From contig JACJZF010000003.1 in NCBI GenBank assembly GCA_020635725.1, forward strand, positions 464-64,463: a DNA stretch of 64,000 nucleotides, read 5' to 3'. The position numbers and the translations under genes were made by a program. The notes beneath the pieces were generated by a model. It was not told the DNA's origin and ran no database searches. It was given only the letters and a program-made list of their open reading frames with translations. Positions within the stretch are counted from its first letter, which is position 1; each line of letters opens with the position of its first letter. Source of the DNA: Flavobacteriales bacterium. Lineage in GTDB: Bacteria; Bacteroidota; Bacteroidia; Flavobacteriales_F; PHOS-HE28. This document shows positions 19,678 to 29,866 of the stretch, piece after piece.

Positions 19678-20424
19678 ATGCGCCCGCTCTCGGTCGTCGT
19701 CATCACCCGCAACGAGGAGCGCAACCTCGCGCGCTGCCTCACCAGCGTGCAGGGCGTGGCCGATGACATCGTGGTGGTCGATTCCTTCAGCACCGATGGC
19801 ACCGAGGCCATAGCCAAGGCCCATGGCGCGCGCTTCGTGCAGCATGCGTTCGAGGGGCACATCGAGCAGAAGAACTGGGCGATCACCCAGGCGAGGCATC
19901 CGTTCATCCTCTCGCTCGATGCCGATGAAGCGCTCGATGACCGGCTGCGCGCGGCCGTGAGCGAGGCCAAGACGCGCGCCGAGGATGGCTACACCATGAA
20001 TCGCCTCACGAATTACTGCGGCACCTGGATTCGGCATGGCGGCTGGTACCCCGATACGAAGCTGCGCTTGTGGGACAGCCGCAAGGGGCACTGGGGAGGC
20101 ATCAATCCGCATGACCGGTATGAGATGGGGCCCGGCGCCCGCATCACGCACCTGCCTGGCGACATCCTGCATTACAGCTACTATTCGGTGGAGGATCATT
20201 GGCGCCAGGTGGACTACTTCACCACCATTGCCGCCAAGGCCGCGGCCGCCAAGGGCAAGCGGGCGGGTGTGCTGAAAAGGTGGTTCTCTCCGGTGGCCAA
20301 GTTCATCGGCGCTTATGTCCTGCAGCTCGGCTTCCTCGACGGGCGTGCCGGCTTCACGATCGCACGGATCAGCGCGGCCGCCACAAGTATGAAGTACAGG
20401 AAGCTCCAAGCGATCGAGCAATGA
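19678..20424 (+). CDS. Family-2 glycosyltransferase (LPS core, KdtX/WaaE-like)
   Basis: 248 aa ('VVITRNEERNLARCL...DSFSTDGT...LDADE'). Confidence 0.8.
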   Translation: MRPLSVVVITRNEERNLARCLTSVQGVADDIVVVDSFSTDGTEAIAKAHGARFVQHAFEGHIEQKNWAITQARHPFILSLDADEALDDRLRAAVSEAKTRAEDGYTMNRLTNYCGTWIRHGGWYPDTKLRLWDSRKGHWGGINPHDRYEMGPGARITHLPGDILHYSYYSVEDHWRQVDYFTTIAAKAAAAKGKRAGVLKRWFSPVAKFIGAYVLQLGFLDGRAGFTIARISAAATSMKYRKLQAIEQ

Positions 20425-21413
20425 GCGGACTACCGCGCACGATCATCCTCAGTCGCCCCGATGCGCTCGGTGATGCGGTGGTGACCCTGCCGATGGCTGG
20501 ATTGATCAAGCAGCGCTCCCCGGGAATGCGTGTCATCATCCTCTGCCGAACCTATGCAAAGGCCGTATGGGATCAGTGCGTGCATGCCGATGCGGTGATC
20601 ACATTGGAGGAACTGGAGAAGGGCGATGCCCCTGCGCTCTTGAAAGCGCTCGGCGCCGAAGCCATCGTGCACGTCTTCCCGCACCGTGCGGTGGCTGCCT
20701 GGGCCAAGCAAGCGGGCATCGCCTTGCGCGTGGGCACCAGCCATCGCCTATGGCACTGGTGGACCTGCAACAAGCGGGTGCATTTCTCGCGGAAGCGGAG
20801 CCTGCTGCACGAGGCGCAGCTGAACATCAAGCTGCTCGAGCCCTTCGGCATGGCCATGCCCGCACGCGCCGAGCTCGTGCCTCTGCTGGGCCTGCGACCG
20901 CCCGAGCCCGATGAGCGGGTCTCGCGCTTGCTTGCAGGGGACCGACGTGTGGTGGTGCTGCACCCCTTGCTCGGCAGCGGCGTGGGCTGGGGGCTGGCCA
21001 ACTACGCCGAGCTGATGCGGGCCCTTGACCCGAGGGATTGGCGCATCATCGTCACGGGCACGGCGGCCGAAGCCGAGGTCTATCGCAAGGCCTTGCCGCT
21101 TGATCTCGCGCATGTGGCGGATGCCGGCGGGCTCCTCGGCCTGCATGAGCTGATCGCGCTTCTCGGCGGATGCCACGCCATGGTAGCCGCGAGCACGGGG
21201 CCCTTGCACATCGCAGCGGCGCTGGGAGCACGCACCATCGGACTGTTCTCTATGCGCAGGCCCATCTTCCCGGCGCGCTGGGCTCCACTCGGGACCGACG
21301 CGCATGCCTTGGTGTGGGATCAAGCGTGCCCCACATGCGCGGAGGGCCGCGCGTGCGACTGCATCACTCGGATCCCTGTGGCGCGCGTGCTGGAGCTCTT
21401 GAATCGCCGTTGA
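20421..21413 (+). CDS. Family-9 glycosyltransferase (LPS heptosyltransferase-like)
   Basis: Start at ATG 20421 overlaps the GT2 stop (ATGA). 'RPDALGDAVVTLP' and the GT9 fold are present. The track ORF begins upstream in another gene's 3' end. Confidence 0.8.
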   Translation: MSGLPRTIILSRPDALGDAVVTLPMAGLIKQRSPGMRVIILCRTYAKAVWDQCVHADAVITLEELEKGDAPALLKALGAEAIVHVFPHRAVAAWAKQAGIALRVGTSHRLWHWWTCNKRVHFSRKRSLLHEAQLNIKLLEPFGMAMPARAELVPLLGLRPPEPDERVSRLLAGDRRVVVLHPLLGSGVGWGLANYAELMRALDPRDWRIIVTGTAAEAEVYRKALPLDLAHVADAGGLLGLHELIALLGGCHAMVAASTGPLHIAAALGARTIGLFSMRRPIFPARWAPLGTDAHALVWDQACPTCAEGRACDCITRIPVARVLELLNRR

Positions 21414-22962
21414 CGGGCGCGGCCAGCACGAGCAGGGCGTAGTAGAAGGCGAAGAAGGTCGCGCCGGCCTGGGTCTCTACCGTATCATCGGTCAGGCAGG
21501 AGACACCGAATGCGATGGCCCATGCGATGAAGACGGGCCGTTGCCACGCGCGGTTCCGGTACGCCGGCCACCACCAGCTGAAGAGCGCCCATAGCATACC
21601 CAGGATGCCGAATGAGATCCACAGCGTGAGGTACTCGTTGTGCGCCCGCAGACGCCAACGCGGGTCCAAGGCGCTTCGGCTCTCCGCGTAATACGCGTCG
21701 AATGCGCGCTGCGTATCGCCGGTTCCAACGCCCATGAGCCAATGCGCTCGCGCGATCGCCCAGCCCGCCTTCAGGAATTCGATGCGCATGGCCACGGAAT
21801 GCCCATTGGCTATTCCCACGCTGCGGTACAGGTCCAGCTCGAAGAGCACCTCTTCGATGCGCTCACGCAAGGGGCCTCGTTGCCCTTCGAGCACGTTGGT
21901 TCGGCCCCGCTCAATGGCGCGTATCTCCGACTCCTCCAACGCCATGATGCTCACGCTGTCCTTGCGCTCGCCCTTCGAAGCCAGGTAGCGCACCACCGTG
22001 CTCCAGATCGGATGCCCTTTGTCATCGAGCTGATCCGAGGCGCGTTCGCTGCGGAGCCCCCATGCGCGGTGAACCTCCTCCCATGCGATGTAGGTCCACA
22101 CGTGCGTGCCATTCTCGGTCTGCGCATTGGTGGTGTCATGGGTATAGGTCTCCCCTCCGGCGGAACGTTCGCCACGTTCAACGACGCCTGCCGGCACGGG
22201 CTTCTGCCGGGCGTTCAGCAACTGTATGCCACCCCACAGCAGCGCCAGCGGCAGCACAATGAGCACCGAGCGCACCGCGATTCGAGCGGCGCCGGGGAAG
22301 CGTTGCGCGCGCCGCCAGAGCATGACAGCCGCGATGACGGCCAGGATCAAGAAGCCCTGCAGGCTCTCCAACCGGCTCAGCAGGTACAGGCACGTCAGCG
22401 CTGCTGCGCAGTGCAGCGCGCGTAGCATGCGGCCGCGCGGCCAATGGTACACGAAGAGGAAGGTGGCGAAGCACAGCAGCAGCGCGAGACGGATATGGCT
22501 GATGAACATCGAGAGCGATCGATAGTCGCCCTCGGCAGCCCCGCTGAAGAGCAATCCGAAGAGGCCGCATGCCAGCGCGCTCCATGCGCCGAGGAGGAGG
22601 ATCAACTTCATCTCGCCTGATTCCAAAGGGCGCGACCCGCTCAGCACCACGCCGAAGACGAGGATCGGCAGCAGGATGCGACAGAGGTCGAGCCCCCACG
22701 CCAGGTCGGTGGACCAGAGCAGACCAGCCACATGCAGCAAGAGGAAGGATAGGAAAACGAGCCCTGCGCCCGAGGTGAAGGCGGCGCGCCAACGGGTGGC
22801 GGCGTCGCGCTGTACGATGCCCATGGCGATCCAGTTCGCCGCGAGCAGCATCTGGGCCATGCTCAGGAAGGCCGTGCTCCATGGCAGGAAGACGGCGCAG
22901 AGCGCGAGCGCGACGACATGGATGCGCCGCAGCAGCGGACGTTCCCCCACGGCTGAGAGCAT
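21364..22962 (-). CDS. O-antigen ligase (WaaL) family membrane protein
   Basis: 532-aa polytopic membrane protein with a large periplasmic loop, convergent with the GT9 gene. Confidence 0.7.
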   Translation of the reverse strand: MLSAVGERPLLRRIHVVALALCAVFLPWSTAFLSMAQMLLAANWIAMGIVQRDAATRWRAAFTSGAGLVFLSFLLLHVAGLLWSTDLAWGLDLCRILLPILVFGVVLSGSRPLESGEMKLILLLGAWSALACGLFGLLFSGAAEGDYRSLSMFISHIRLALLLCFATFLFVYHWPRGRMLRALHCAAALTCLYLLSRLESLQGFLILAVIAAVMLWRRAQRFPGAARIAVRSVLIVLPLALLWGGIQLLNARQKPVPAGVVERGERSAGGETYTHDTTNAQTENGTHVWTYIAWEEVHRAWGLRSERASDQLDDKGHPIWSTVVRYLASKGERKDSVSIMALEESEIRAIERGRTNVLEGQRGPLRERIEEVLFELDLYRSVGIANGHSVAMRIEFLKAGWAIARAHWLMGVGTGDTQRAFDAYYAESRSALDPRWRLRAHNEYLTLWISFGILGMLWALFSWWWPAYRNRAWQRPVFIAWAIAFGVSCLTDDTVETQAGATFFAFYYALLVLAAPVNGDSRAPARAPQGSE

Positions 22963-22974
22963 CGCCGCCGCCCC

Positions 22975-24657
22975 CTAGTTCTTGCCGGAGAGGATGGGCG
23001 CGATGCCGGCAGCGGCGAAGAGATCGATCGCCCTGCGCACGTAGGGGTCCGTAGACATGGCGGCCTTGGCGCGACCGGTCTGGAACTGGTAGCGGGAGAC
23101 GATCTCGTTCTTGAGCACCTCCTCGATATCGGCGCGGAAGCGGACGAGCTCCTCGCTGCGGTCGGGGGCGAGTTCCTTGCGCAGGGCGTCGATCTCATCG
23201 GCGGCGTGCTCGTAATAGCGCTCCTTCTTCGCCTTCTCCACCAGCTCGTTCAGCGCTTCCATGCTCTCGGTGTCGTAATCGAAGCGCTTGTCCTTCACGA
23301 AATCGACGAACGAGGCGTAGAGCTCATCGCTCACCACGAAGCTCTCCGCGGGTCCGATATCGGCATGCGTCAGGCGGTAGAGCGTCGCGAAGTCGAAGAA
23401 GAGGTCCTCTTGATAGAGGCCGCCCACCACCTTGGCGAGCTCCGGCTCCATCACTTCCACATCGGGCAGTATGCCTCGGCCATCGAACACCGGCCTGCCG
23501 TTGCGGGTCTTGAAGGCGGTGATGCTCTCCTCCTTCACCTCCACGGCATGCCCGGAGCTGTCGCGGTGCGCGTAATCGAGCTTCTGGATGCAGCGGCCGC
23601 TGGGGATGTAGTACTTGGCCACGGTCACCTTCAGCTTGCTGTTGTACATGAGGTCCTTGGTCTGCTGCACCAGCCCTTTGCCGAAGGTGCGCTCGCCCAC
23701 GATCACGCCGCGGTCGAGGTCCTGCAGCGCGCCGCACACGATCTCGCTGGCGCTGGCGCTGCCGCCATCCACGAGCACCACCAGCGGCATGTCCGCGTCC
23801 ATGGGCTCGCTGAGCGTCTTGTAGGTCTTGTCCCATTCCGGGATCCGGCCGCGCGTCTCAACGACCAGCTGGTTCTTGGGCACGAAGAGGTTCACGATGT
23901 TGACCGCCTCGCGCAACAGGCCGCCACCGTTGCCGCGCAGGTCGAGGATCAGATTCGTGGCGCCTTGGTCCTTCAGCTCCTTCAAGGCGGCGCGCACATC
24001 GGAGCTGGCCGTCTGGGTGAAGCTGTTGAGCTTGATGTAGCCCACATGGTTCGCGGCGTCAACGATGCCCTTGTATGGCACATCGGGGATTTTGATCTCC
24101 TCGCGCAGCAGCTCATGCGTCACGGGTGCGCCGCCATCCCTGCGGGTCACCACCTTCACCACGGTGCCGCTCTGGCCTTTGAGCAATTTGCTCACCTCAT
24201 CGGTGCCCATGGCGCCGATCACGCGTCCGTCCACCTCCATGATCTCATCGCCGGCCCAGATGCCCGCCTTCATCGCCGGGTAATCCTCGTACGGCTCGCT
24301 CACCACCACGTGGTCGTCCTTGCGCTTGATCAACGCGCCGATGCCGCCATATTGCCCCGTGGTCTGGAAGCGGTACTCCTCCATGTCGCTCTCCGGGATG
24401 TACTGCGTGTAGGGATCGAGCGAATTGAGCATGGCGTCGATCCCGGTCTTCATGAGCTTGCCGGGCTGCGTGTCATCCACGTAGTACACGTTCAGCTCCT
24501 TGTACAGATCGGTGAAGATCTCCAGGTTCTTGCTGATCTCGAAGTAGCTGTCGCCGGCGGCGATGGTGAGCGCTCCGCCCACGGCCAGGGCTCCTACGGT
24601 GATCCACGCGCGGCGCCCGCGTGCTGGCTTATGGCTTGGCTTGTTCATGGTCTGCAT
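22975..24657 (-). CDS. S41-family C-terminal processing peptidase
   Basis: 560 aa with PDZ and S41 catalytic regions ('GGSASASEI', 'GERTFGKG'). Confidence 0.85.
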   Translation of the reverse strand: MQTMNKPSHKPARGRRAWITVGALAVGGALTIAAGDSYFEISKNLEIFTDLYKELNVYYVDDTQPGKLMKTGIDAMLNSLDPYTQYIPESDMEEYRFQTTGQYGGIGALIKRKDDHVVVSEPYEDYPAMKAGIWAGDEIMEVDGRVIGAMGTDEVSKLLKGQSGTVVKVVTRRDGGAPVTHELLREEIKIPDVPYKGIVDAANHVGYIKLNSFTQTASSDVRAALKELKDQGATNLILDLRGNGGGLLREAVNIVNLFVPKNQLVVETRGRIPEWDKTYKTLSEPMDADMPLVVLVDGGSASASEIVCGALQDLDRGVIVGERTFGKGLVQQTKDLMYNSKLKVTVAKYYIPSGRCIQKLDYAHRDSSGHAVEVKEESITAFKTRNGRPVFDGRGILPDVEVMEPELAKVVGGLYQEDLFFDFATLYRLTHADIGPAESFVVSDELYASFVDFVKDKRFDYDTESMEALNELVEKAKKERYYEHAADEIDALRKELAPDRSEELVRFRADIEEVLKNEIVSRYQFQTGRAKAAMSTDPYVRRAIDLFAAAGIAPILSGKN

Positions 24658-24886
24658 GTGCTTCAGGGACGGGGTCGTAGCCGTGCCCGCCCCATGGGTG
24701 ACAAGATAGAAAGCGACGTAGGGTGAGCCATCCGCCGCGGAAGGCCCCGTGCCGCCGAAGGGCCATCAGACCGTACTCGGAGCAGGTGGGCGTGTAGCGG
24801 CAGGAACCGGGCAGCAGGGGCGAGACCGCCAGTTGGTACAGGCGTACCATCAGGATCAGGGGCCATGCGACGAGCCTAGCGAACAT
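24629..24886 (-). CDS. yidD: Membrane protein insertion efficiency factor YidD
   Basis: 85 aa with '[22 protein letters not shown]', the YidD signature. Confidence 0.85.
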   Translation of the reverse strand: MFARLVAWPLILMVRLYQLAVSPLLPGSCRYTPTCSEYGLMALRRHGAFRGGWLTLRRFLSCHPWGGHGYDPVPEAHADHEQAKP

Positions 24887-25289
24887 GCTGCTTCATCCAA
24901 CGCTCCAGCGCGCGGGTTAGTCTGAGGCGCGTCTCTTCATACGAGATCACCGAACGGCCTTGGTAGATCACCAGCCACGCGCACTGCGCCTGCGAGGCGC
25001 GCAACCGCTCGAGATGCTCATGCTTGTGCTGCCGGTACACCTCGCGGAGAAGGCGTTTCATGCGGTTGCGGTCCACCGCGTGCGGAAGGTTGCGGCTGGG
25101 CACCGCGAAGGCGATCTGGGCAGGAGAGGCCGTGGGCAGTGCCATGCGCTTGCCGATGAGTTTGAGCGGCGCGTCGTGCACGGCCGCGCCGGTGGTGGCC
25201 ACCTCCTTCAGGCGCAGCTTGCCGCACAAGCGCTCGCTCTTGCTGAAGGTATGGCGCTGACCGTCCATGGGGGCGAGCACCGTCACCAA
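24876..25289 (-). CDS. rnpA: Ribonuclease P protein component
   Basis: 137-aa basic protein with an RnpA-like '[10 protein letters not shown]' motif. Start could instead be M8 (25268). Confidence 0.8.
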   Translation of the reverse strand: MVTVLAPMDGQRHTFSKSERLCGKLRLKEVATTGAAVHDAPLKLIGKRMALPTASPAQIAFAVPSRNLPHAVDRNRMKRLLREVYRQHKHEHLERLRASQAQCAWLVIYQGRSVISYEETRLRLTRALERWMKQHVR

Positions 25290-25314
25290 CGGTTCGCGCG
25301 GTGACGGTCTGCGA

Positions 25315-26064
25315 TCACTTCTTCTTCGCCTGCAGCTTGATGAAGAGCTCCATCGCGCCGGTCATGCTCGGTGCCTCGGGAAGCGGCGCCTGCAGGTCGA
25401 GGCGGTAGCCGTTATCCACCACGGACTTCGCCGTGGTGGGGCCGAAGGCCGCGATGAAGACACCTTCCTGCTTGAACTTGGGGAAGTTCTTCTTCAGGCT
25501 CTCGATGCCCCCCGGGCTGAAGAACACGAGCATGTCGTAGCTCAGGTCCTTCATGTCGCTCAGGTCGCTGGCCACCGTGCGGTAGAACACCGCATTGGTG
25601 TACTTCACGCCGGCCTTGTCCAGAAGCTCCGGGATCTCCTGCTTCTGGATATCGCTGCACGGCACCAGGTACTTCTCGTCCTTGTGCTTCTTGATCACAT
25701 CCACCAGCTCGCCGAAGCTCTGCTTGCCGATGAACACCTTCCGCTTGCGGTAAACGATATACTTCTGCACGTAGTAGGCCACGCTCTCGCTCACGCAGAA
25801 GTACTTCATCGATTCGGGCACCGTGAGCCGCAGCTCCTTGCACATGCGGAAGAAGTGATCCACCGCATTACGGCTGGTGAGCACGATCGCCGAATGGTCC
25901 AGGATGTTGATGCGCTCCTGCCGGAAGTCCTGCGCGCCCACGGGTTCCACCTTGATGAAGGGGCGGAAATCGATCTTCAGGCCGTACTTGCGGGCCAGCT
26001 CATGGTACGGCGACTTCTCGTCCGTAGGGGCAGGCTGCGAAACGAGGATGGTCTTGATCTTCAA
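25315..26064 (-). CDS. hemD: Uroporphyrinogen-III synthase
   Basis: HemD-like sequence. Start proposed at TTG 26064..26062 ('LKIKTILVSQPAP'), 9 nt after the DUF4271 stop. The track ORF to 26154 adds a GC-rich, non-protein-like leader. Confidence 0.7.
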   Translation of the reverse strand: MKIKTILVSQPAPTDEKSPYHELARKYGLKIDFRPFIKVEPVGAQDFRQERINILDHSAIVLTSRNAVDHFFRMCKELRLTVPESMKYFCVSESVAYYVQKYIVYRKRKVFIGKQSFGELVDVIKKHKDEKYLVPCSDIQKQEIPELLDKAGVKYTNAVFYRTVASDLSDMKDLSYDMLVFFSPGGIESLKKNFPKFKQEGVFIAAFGPTTAKSVVDNGYRLDLQAPLPEAPSMTGAMELFIKLQAKKK

Positions 26065-26075
26065 GGCCGGTCGGC

Positions 26076-26789
26076 TTAGGTGTGGGGGGCAGGGACCTGG
26101 CGTTGACAGAGGAGGTGCAGCACCAAGGCGAGGGGCAGCATTTCGGCGGCGCAAAGGTAGAGGAAAATGTAGCGGAGAGGCACCCCCTCACCTAGGCCCA
26201 TCCACGCCCCGCGAACCCACCGGTAGAGCAGTGCCAGCGCGCTCAGCACCAAGCCGGTCCATAGCAGTCCGGGGCGCCATTCGGGCCAATAGGCCGCGAG
26301 CATGACCACCGGCAGCAACGCGATGCCCAGCGCTGCGTACAGCAAGGTGCCGGTGTACAGGTACTCGGTGGCGCCGCCATCGGCCTGCGCCAGGTTGGCC
26401 GTCAAGCGGATCAGCACGGCCTGCGCGCCGAGGATGGCGCACAGGGCCAGGAACACCACCCAGTAATCCGGGGTCCCTGGCGGGCCGTATTGCATGCCCA
26501 CCTGCCAGAGCAGCATGGCCGTGGCGGCCGTTGCCACGCCCAGGAGCCCTAACAGGTTGCGGTCGCTGGTGTCCACCTCATCGCGCAGCGTCTGCCGACC
26601 CAAGCGCATGCGGAAGGCCGCCTGCCGGAGCACGCGCCATTTGCGCGGCGAGCCCAGGTTGATGGTGGCCAGGATGAGCAGGCAGCTGAGGAAGACTCCC
26701 GTGGCCCATTCGGCCGTGAGCGGGTCGCTGGCGCGTGGTATGCCTTCCATCGCCGCGAAGGTAGGCGGGCCGCCAGCGCGCCAAGGCAT
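26076..26789 (-). CDS. DUF4271-family membrane protein
   Basis: 237-aa multi-TM protein. DUF4271 is the usual upstream neighbour of hemD in Bacteroidetes. Start may be M14 (26750). Confidence 0.6.
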   Translation of the reverse strand: MPWRAGGPPTFAAMEGIPRASDPLTAEWATGVFLSCLLILATINLGSPRKWRVLRQAAFRMRLGRQTLRDEVDTSDRNLLGLLGVATAATAMLLWQVGMQYGPPGTPDYWVVFLALCAILGAQAVLIRLTANLAQADGGATEYLYTGTLLYAALGIALLPVVMLAAYWPEWRPGLLWTGLVLSALALLYRWVRGAWMGLGEGVPLRYIFLYLCAAEMLPLALVLHLLCQRQVPAPHT

Positions 26790-26827
26790 GCCCTAATTTC
26801 GCGGCCCCAAACGCACCGCGCGACACG

Positions 26828-28039
26828 ATGAGCACCACCACCGCACCGAAGAAAGCCGCCACCGACCTCTTCCAGAGCCATGACCATTACCTGGTGGACG
26901 AACTGCTCACCGAGGAGCAGAAGCTCATCCGGGAGACGGCGCGCAAACATGTGAGCGCGCACCTGAAGCCCATCATCGAGGAGCGTTTCGAGAACGCCGA
27001 ATTCAGCAAGGACATCATCCCCGGCTTGGCGGAGATCGGCGCCTTCGGACCATTCGTGCCCGAGGAATACGGCGGGCCCGGCCTCGACCAGATAAGCTAT
27101 GGGCTCATCATGCAGGAGATCGAGCGCTGCGACAGCGGCCTGCGCAGCCTGTGCAGCGTGCAAGGCTCACTCGCCATGTATCCCATTTGGAAGTACGGCA
27201 ACGAGGAGCAGAAGAAGAAGTGGCTGCCGGATATGGTGCAGGGCAAGCGAATCGGCTGCTTTGGCCTCACCGAGCCGGACCACGGCAGCAATCCGGGCGG
27301 TATGGTCACCACCTTCAAGGACATGGGCGACCACTACCTGCTGAACGGCGCCAAGATGTGGATCAGCAACGCGCCCTTCGCCGACCTGGCCATCGTGTGG
27401 GCCAAGGCCGAGAACACCGAAGGCCGCATCCATGGCCTGATCGTGGAGCGCGGCATGGAAGGTTTCACCACGCCCACCACGCACGGCAAGCTGAGCCTTC
27501 GCGCCAGCCCCACCGGCGAGCTGGTGTTCGACAATGTGAAAGTGCCGAAGGGCAACCTGCTACCGAACAAGAGCGGCCTCGGTGCTCCGCTCGGCTGCCT
27601 CGATAGCGCCCGCTACGGCATCGCATGGGGCACGCTGGGCGTGGCCATGGAGTGCTATGACACCGCCCTCCGCTACAGCAAGCAGCGCGTGCAGTTCGGC
27701 CGTCCCATCGGCGGGTTCCAGCTCACGCAGAAGAAGCTCGCCGAGATGATCACCGAGATCACCAAGGCCCAGCTGCTCACCTGGCGCCTGGGCACCCTGC
27801 GCAACGAAGGCCGCGCCACCACCGCGCAGATCAGCATGGCCAAGCGCAACAACGTGCACCTGGCGCTCACCGTGGCGCGGGAGGCCCGACAGATCCTGGG
27901 CGGCATGGGCATCACCAACGAGTACCCCATCATGCGCCACATGATGAACCTGGAGAGCGTGGTGACCTACGAAGGCACGCACGACATCCACCTGTTGATC
28001 ACCGGCGCGGAGGTGACGGGGATCCCGGCATTCAAATAG
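26828..28039 (+). CDS. Acyl-CoA dehydrogenase (glutaryl-CoA dehydrogenase-like)
   Basis: 403 aa with ACAD N-terminal, middle and C-terminal regions ('GLTEPDHGSNP', 'YEGTHDIH'). Confidence 0.85.
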   Translation: MSTTTAPKKAATDLFQSHDHYLVDELLTEEQKLIRETARKHVSAHLKPIIEERFENAEFSKDIIPGLAEIGAFGPFVPEEYGGPGLDQISYGLIMQEIERCDSGLRSLCSVQGSLAMYPIWKYGNEEQKKKWLPDMVQGKRIGCFGLTEPDHGSNPGGMVTTFKDMGDHYLLNGAKMWISNAPFADLAIVWAKAENTEGRIHGLIVERGMEGFTTPTTHGKLSLRASPTGELVFDNVKVPKGNLLPNKSGLGAPLGCLDSARYGIAWGTLGVAMECYDTALRYSKQRVQFGRPIGGFQLTQKKLAEMITEITKAQLLTWRLGTLRNEGRATTAQISMAKRNNVHLALTVAREARQILGGMGITNEYPIMRHMMNLESVVTYEGTHDIHLLITGAEVTGIPAFK

Positions 28040-28042
28040 GGC

Positions 28043-28531
28043 TCAGCGCAAGTCGGCCGCCGAGAGTTGCCGCGCGTGCCGCACGCGCACGGTGCCGCTG
28101 CCTTTGATGAAGCCCACTGAACCCACCGGGCCCACGAAGGATTGGCCAGCGTGCTTCGCTTCCGGCTCCATCACCACGTCGAACTCGAGGCGGCGATCCT
28201 GCTTGGCCGCCCGTGAGCCTGCGAATGCCGATTCGGTATCGATGACGACCTCTTTCGTGAGGTGGCCCGGCTGCATGAAGGAAAGGGTGGCCGTGGCCCC
28301 CGATGGCACTTCCACCAGGAAGCGGCCACTAGCCGAGACCTCGGCATACCGGCAGCTCCCATCCACCTCCACGGAGAGGATGAGGTCGGCGGTTGTGCGC
28401 ACAGGCGTGTGCAGATGGCCCGTGAGGCGTACCGTGCGTTCGGCGGGCGCTGCGACCGAACCGAGCGCGATCAGGGCGAAGAGGGCCAGGAGGAGCATCG
28501 CCTCGACCGTTATCCTGCGCTGGGTGTTCAT
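28043..28531 (-). CDS. Secreted carboxypeptidase-regulatory-like (CarboxypepD_reg) domain protein
   Basis: Start at ATG 28531 gives a signal peptide 'MNTQRRITVEAMLLLALFALIALG' followed by a beta-sandwich-like sequence. Confidence 0.45.
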   Translation of the reverse strand: MNTQRRITVEAMLLLALFALIALGSVAAPAERTVRLTGHLHTPVRTTADLILSVEVDGSCRYAEVSASGRFLVEVPSGATATLSFMQPGHLTKEVVIDTESAFAGSRAAKQDRRLEFDVVMEPEAKHAGQSFVGPVGSVGFIKGSGTVRVRHARQLSAADLR

Positions 28532-28604
28532 AGCAATGGTCATTGATGCGCCAAAGGTCCAGGCGACCTCGCGCGGCATCAATACCCACTAGTGGTGGAA
28601 TCGG

Positions 28605-29246
28605 TCAGGCCCAGCGCCGATCGATGGCGTATTTCACCAGGCCGGCCGACGTGCGCACGTTGAGCTTGGTGAGCAGGCGCTTGCGGTGGCTCTTCACGGT
28701 ATCCTCGCTGATGAAGAGCGCGGCGCCGATCTCCGCATTGGTGCGTTCCAAGGCGATGAGCCGGATGATCTCCCGCTCACGCTGCGTGAGCCCGATGTAC
28801 TCCCCGTCCGGGCTCTTCTCGGTGTACGTGTATCCGTTCTGAATGCTGCGCGAGGCCGCATCGCTCAGGTAGTGCTCGCCGATCAACGATGCGCGCAGCG
28901 CGAGCAGCAGCTCTTCGCGCGGGCCGCCCTTGACCAGGTAGCCGCACGCGCCCTCCACGAGCATGCTGTTCACGTACTCGATCTCCGTGAGCGCCGAGAA
29001 GGCGAGCACGCGCTGCGACGGGAACTCCTTGTGGATCGCGCGCATCGAGTCGATGCCATCCATGCCCGGCAACGATACTTCGAGGAGCACCAGGTCAACC
29101 GGACGGCGACGAAGCAGCTCAATGAGCTCCGTGCCTGTGCGGACATGGTACGCGAGCTCGAGGTCGTCCTCATCGCGCAGCCACGAGCGCACTCCTTCAG
29201 CGATCAGCTCCAACGGGTCTGCGATGATGAGGCGGGATGGGGACAT
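28605..29246 (-). CDS. LuxR/NarL-family response regulator with atypical receiver (acceptor Asp replaced by Glu)
   Basis: 213 aa with a REC domain plus a C-terminal LuxR HTH ('LTQREREIIRLIA...TVKSHRKRLLTKL'). The receiver motif reads 'DLVLLEVSLPGMDG' where DLVLLD is expected, and the N-terminal acidic pair reads 'IIADP'. Confidence 0.8.
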   Translation of the reverse strand: MSPSRLIIADPLELIAEGVRSWLRDEDDLELAYHVRTGTELIELLRRRPVDLVLLEVSLPGMDGIDSMRAIHKEFPSQRVLAFSALTEIEYVNSMLVEGACGYLVKGGPREELLLALRASLIGEHYLSDAASRSIQNGYTYTEKSPDGEYIGLTQREREIIRLIALERTNAEIGAALFISEDTVKSHRKRLLTKLNVRTSAGLVKYAIDRRWA

Positions 29247-29346
29247 GGCTTGGCGCGGTGTTGAAAGCCCAATCTACCGAGCTTCGATCAAGGTGGTGAG
29301 GAAGAACACGGGCGAATCACCACAAGTGGGTAATCGGCTGCGTGCA

Positions 29347-29754
29347 TCAAATGGGCCTGCTCACATGCGACCGGAGCCAGGCCAGCGCCTCTTCCTCATC
29401 ATCGAAGACGCGCACCGGGAAAGGCTGCGGGAACCACTTGAAGTAGAATTTGCATACGCCCCGCATGGTGCGGTCGGCCGCGTGGATGGCCAGCGCGGTG
29501 ATCCGCTGCACCCGGCGCTGATCGTGGAAGTGATCCGTGTTGGTGAGATCGGGATTCACCGGAATGCTCTTGTGGATCACCACCAGCATGGCATGCGGCT
29601 CGCGCCCGCAAAGCCGGTCGCATTCCCTGGCCGCTGCTTTGATCAGCGCCACGGTGAATCGGGCATCGGGGCCATACCGCTGAATCAGGATGCCCGGCTC
29701 GTGTAGCGTGAGGGTGATGTGCGCGTTGGGAGAGGATGGTGGCTTCAGTGGCAT
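29347..29754 (-). CDS. Hypothetical protein, possibly STAS/SpoIIAA-like
   Basis: 135 aa. C-terminal '...VRVFDDEEEALAWL' resembles STAS-domain ends. Lies upstream of the atypical response regulator. Confidence 0.4.
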   Translation of the reverse strand: MPLKPPSSPNAHITLTLHEPGILIQRYGPDARFTVALIKAAARECDRLCGREPHAMLVVIHKSIPVNPDLTNTDHFHDQRRVQRITALAIHAADRTMRGVCKFYFKWFPQPFPVRVFDDEEEALAWLRSHVSRPI

Positions 29755-29866
29755 GGCCGTGATGAGGCTTCCGGTCGGGTCTGTGGGTCCGACGGACTGC
29801 TGCTTCCGTCATGGACGGACGCTTGACGCGATCTCCGGAAGAGGGTTGCTGCGAGCGTTCGGCCGC

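Noticed and set aside
24876-25315. Expected rpmH (L34) upstream of rnpA
   Set aside because: Only 25 bp separate rnpA from the hemD stop and no small basic ORF is present. rpmH must be elsewhere.
25315-26154. ATG start at 26154 for hemD
   Set aside because: It would overlap 79 bp of the DUF4271 gene and adds a Pro/Ala/Arg-rich leader. The TTG at 26064 directly precedes the conserved 'KIKTILVSQ' N-terminus.
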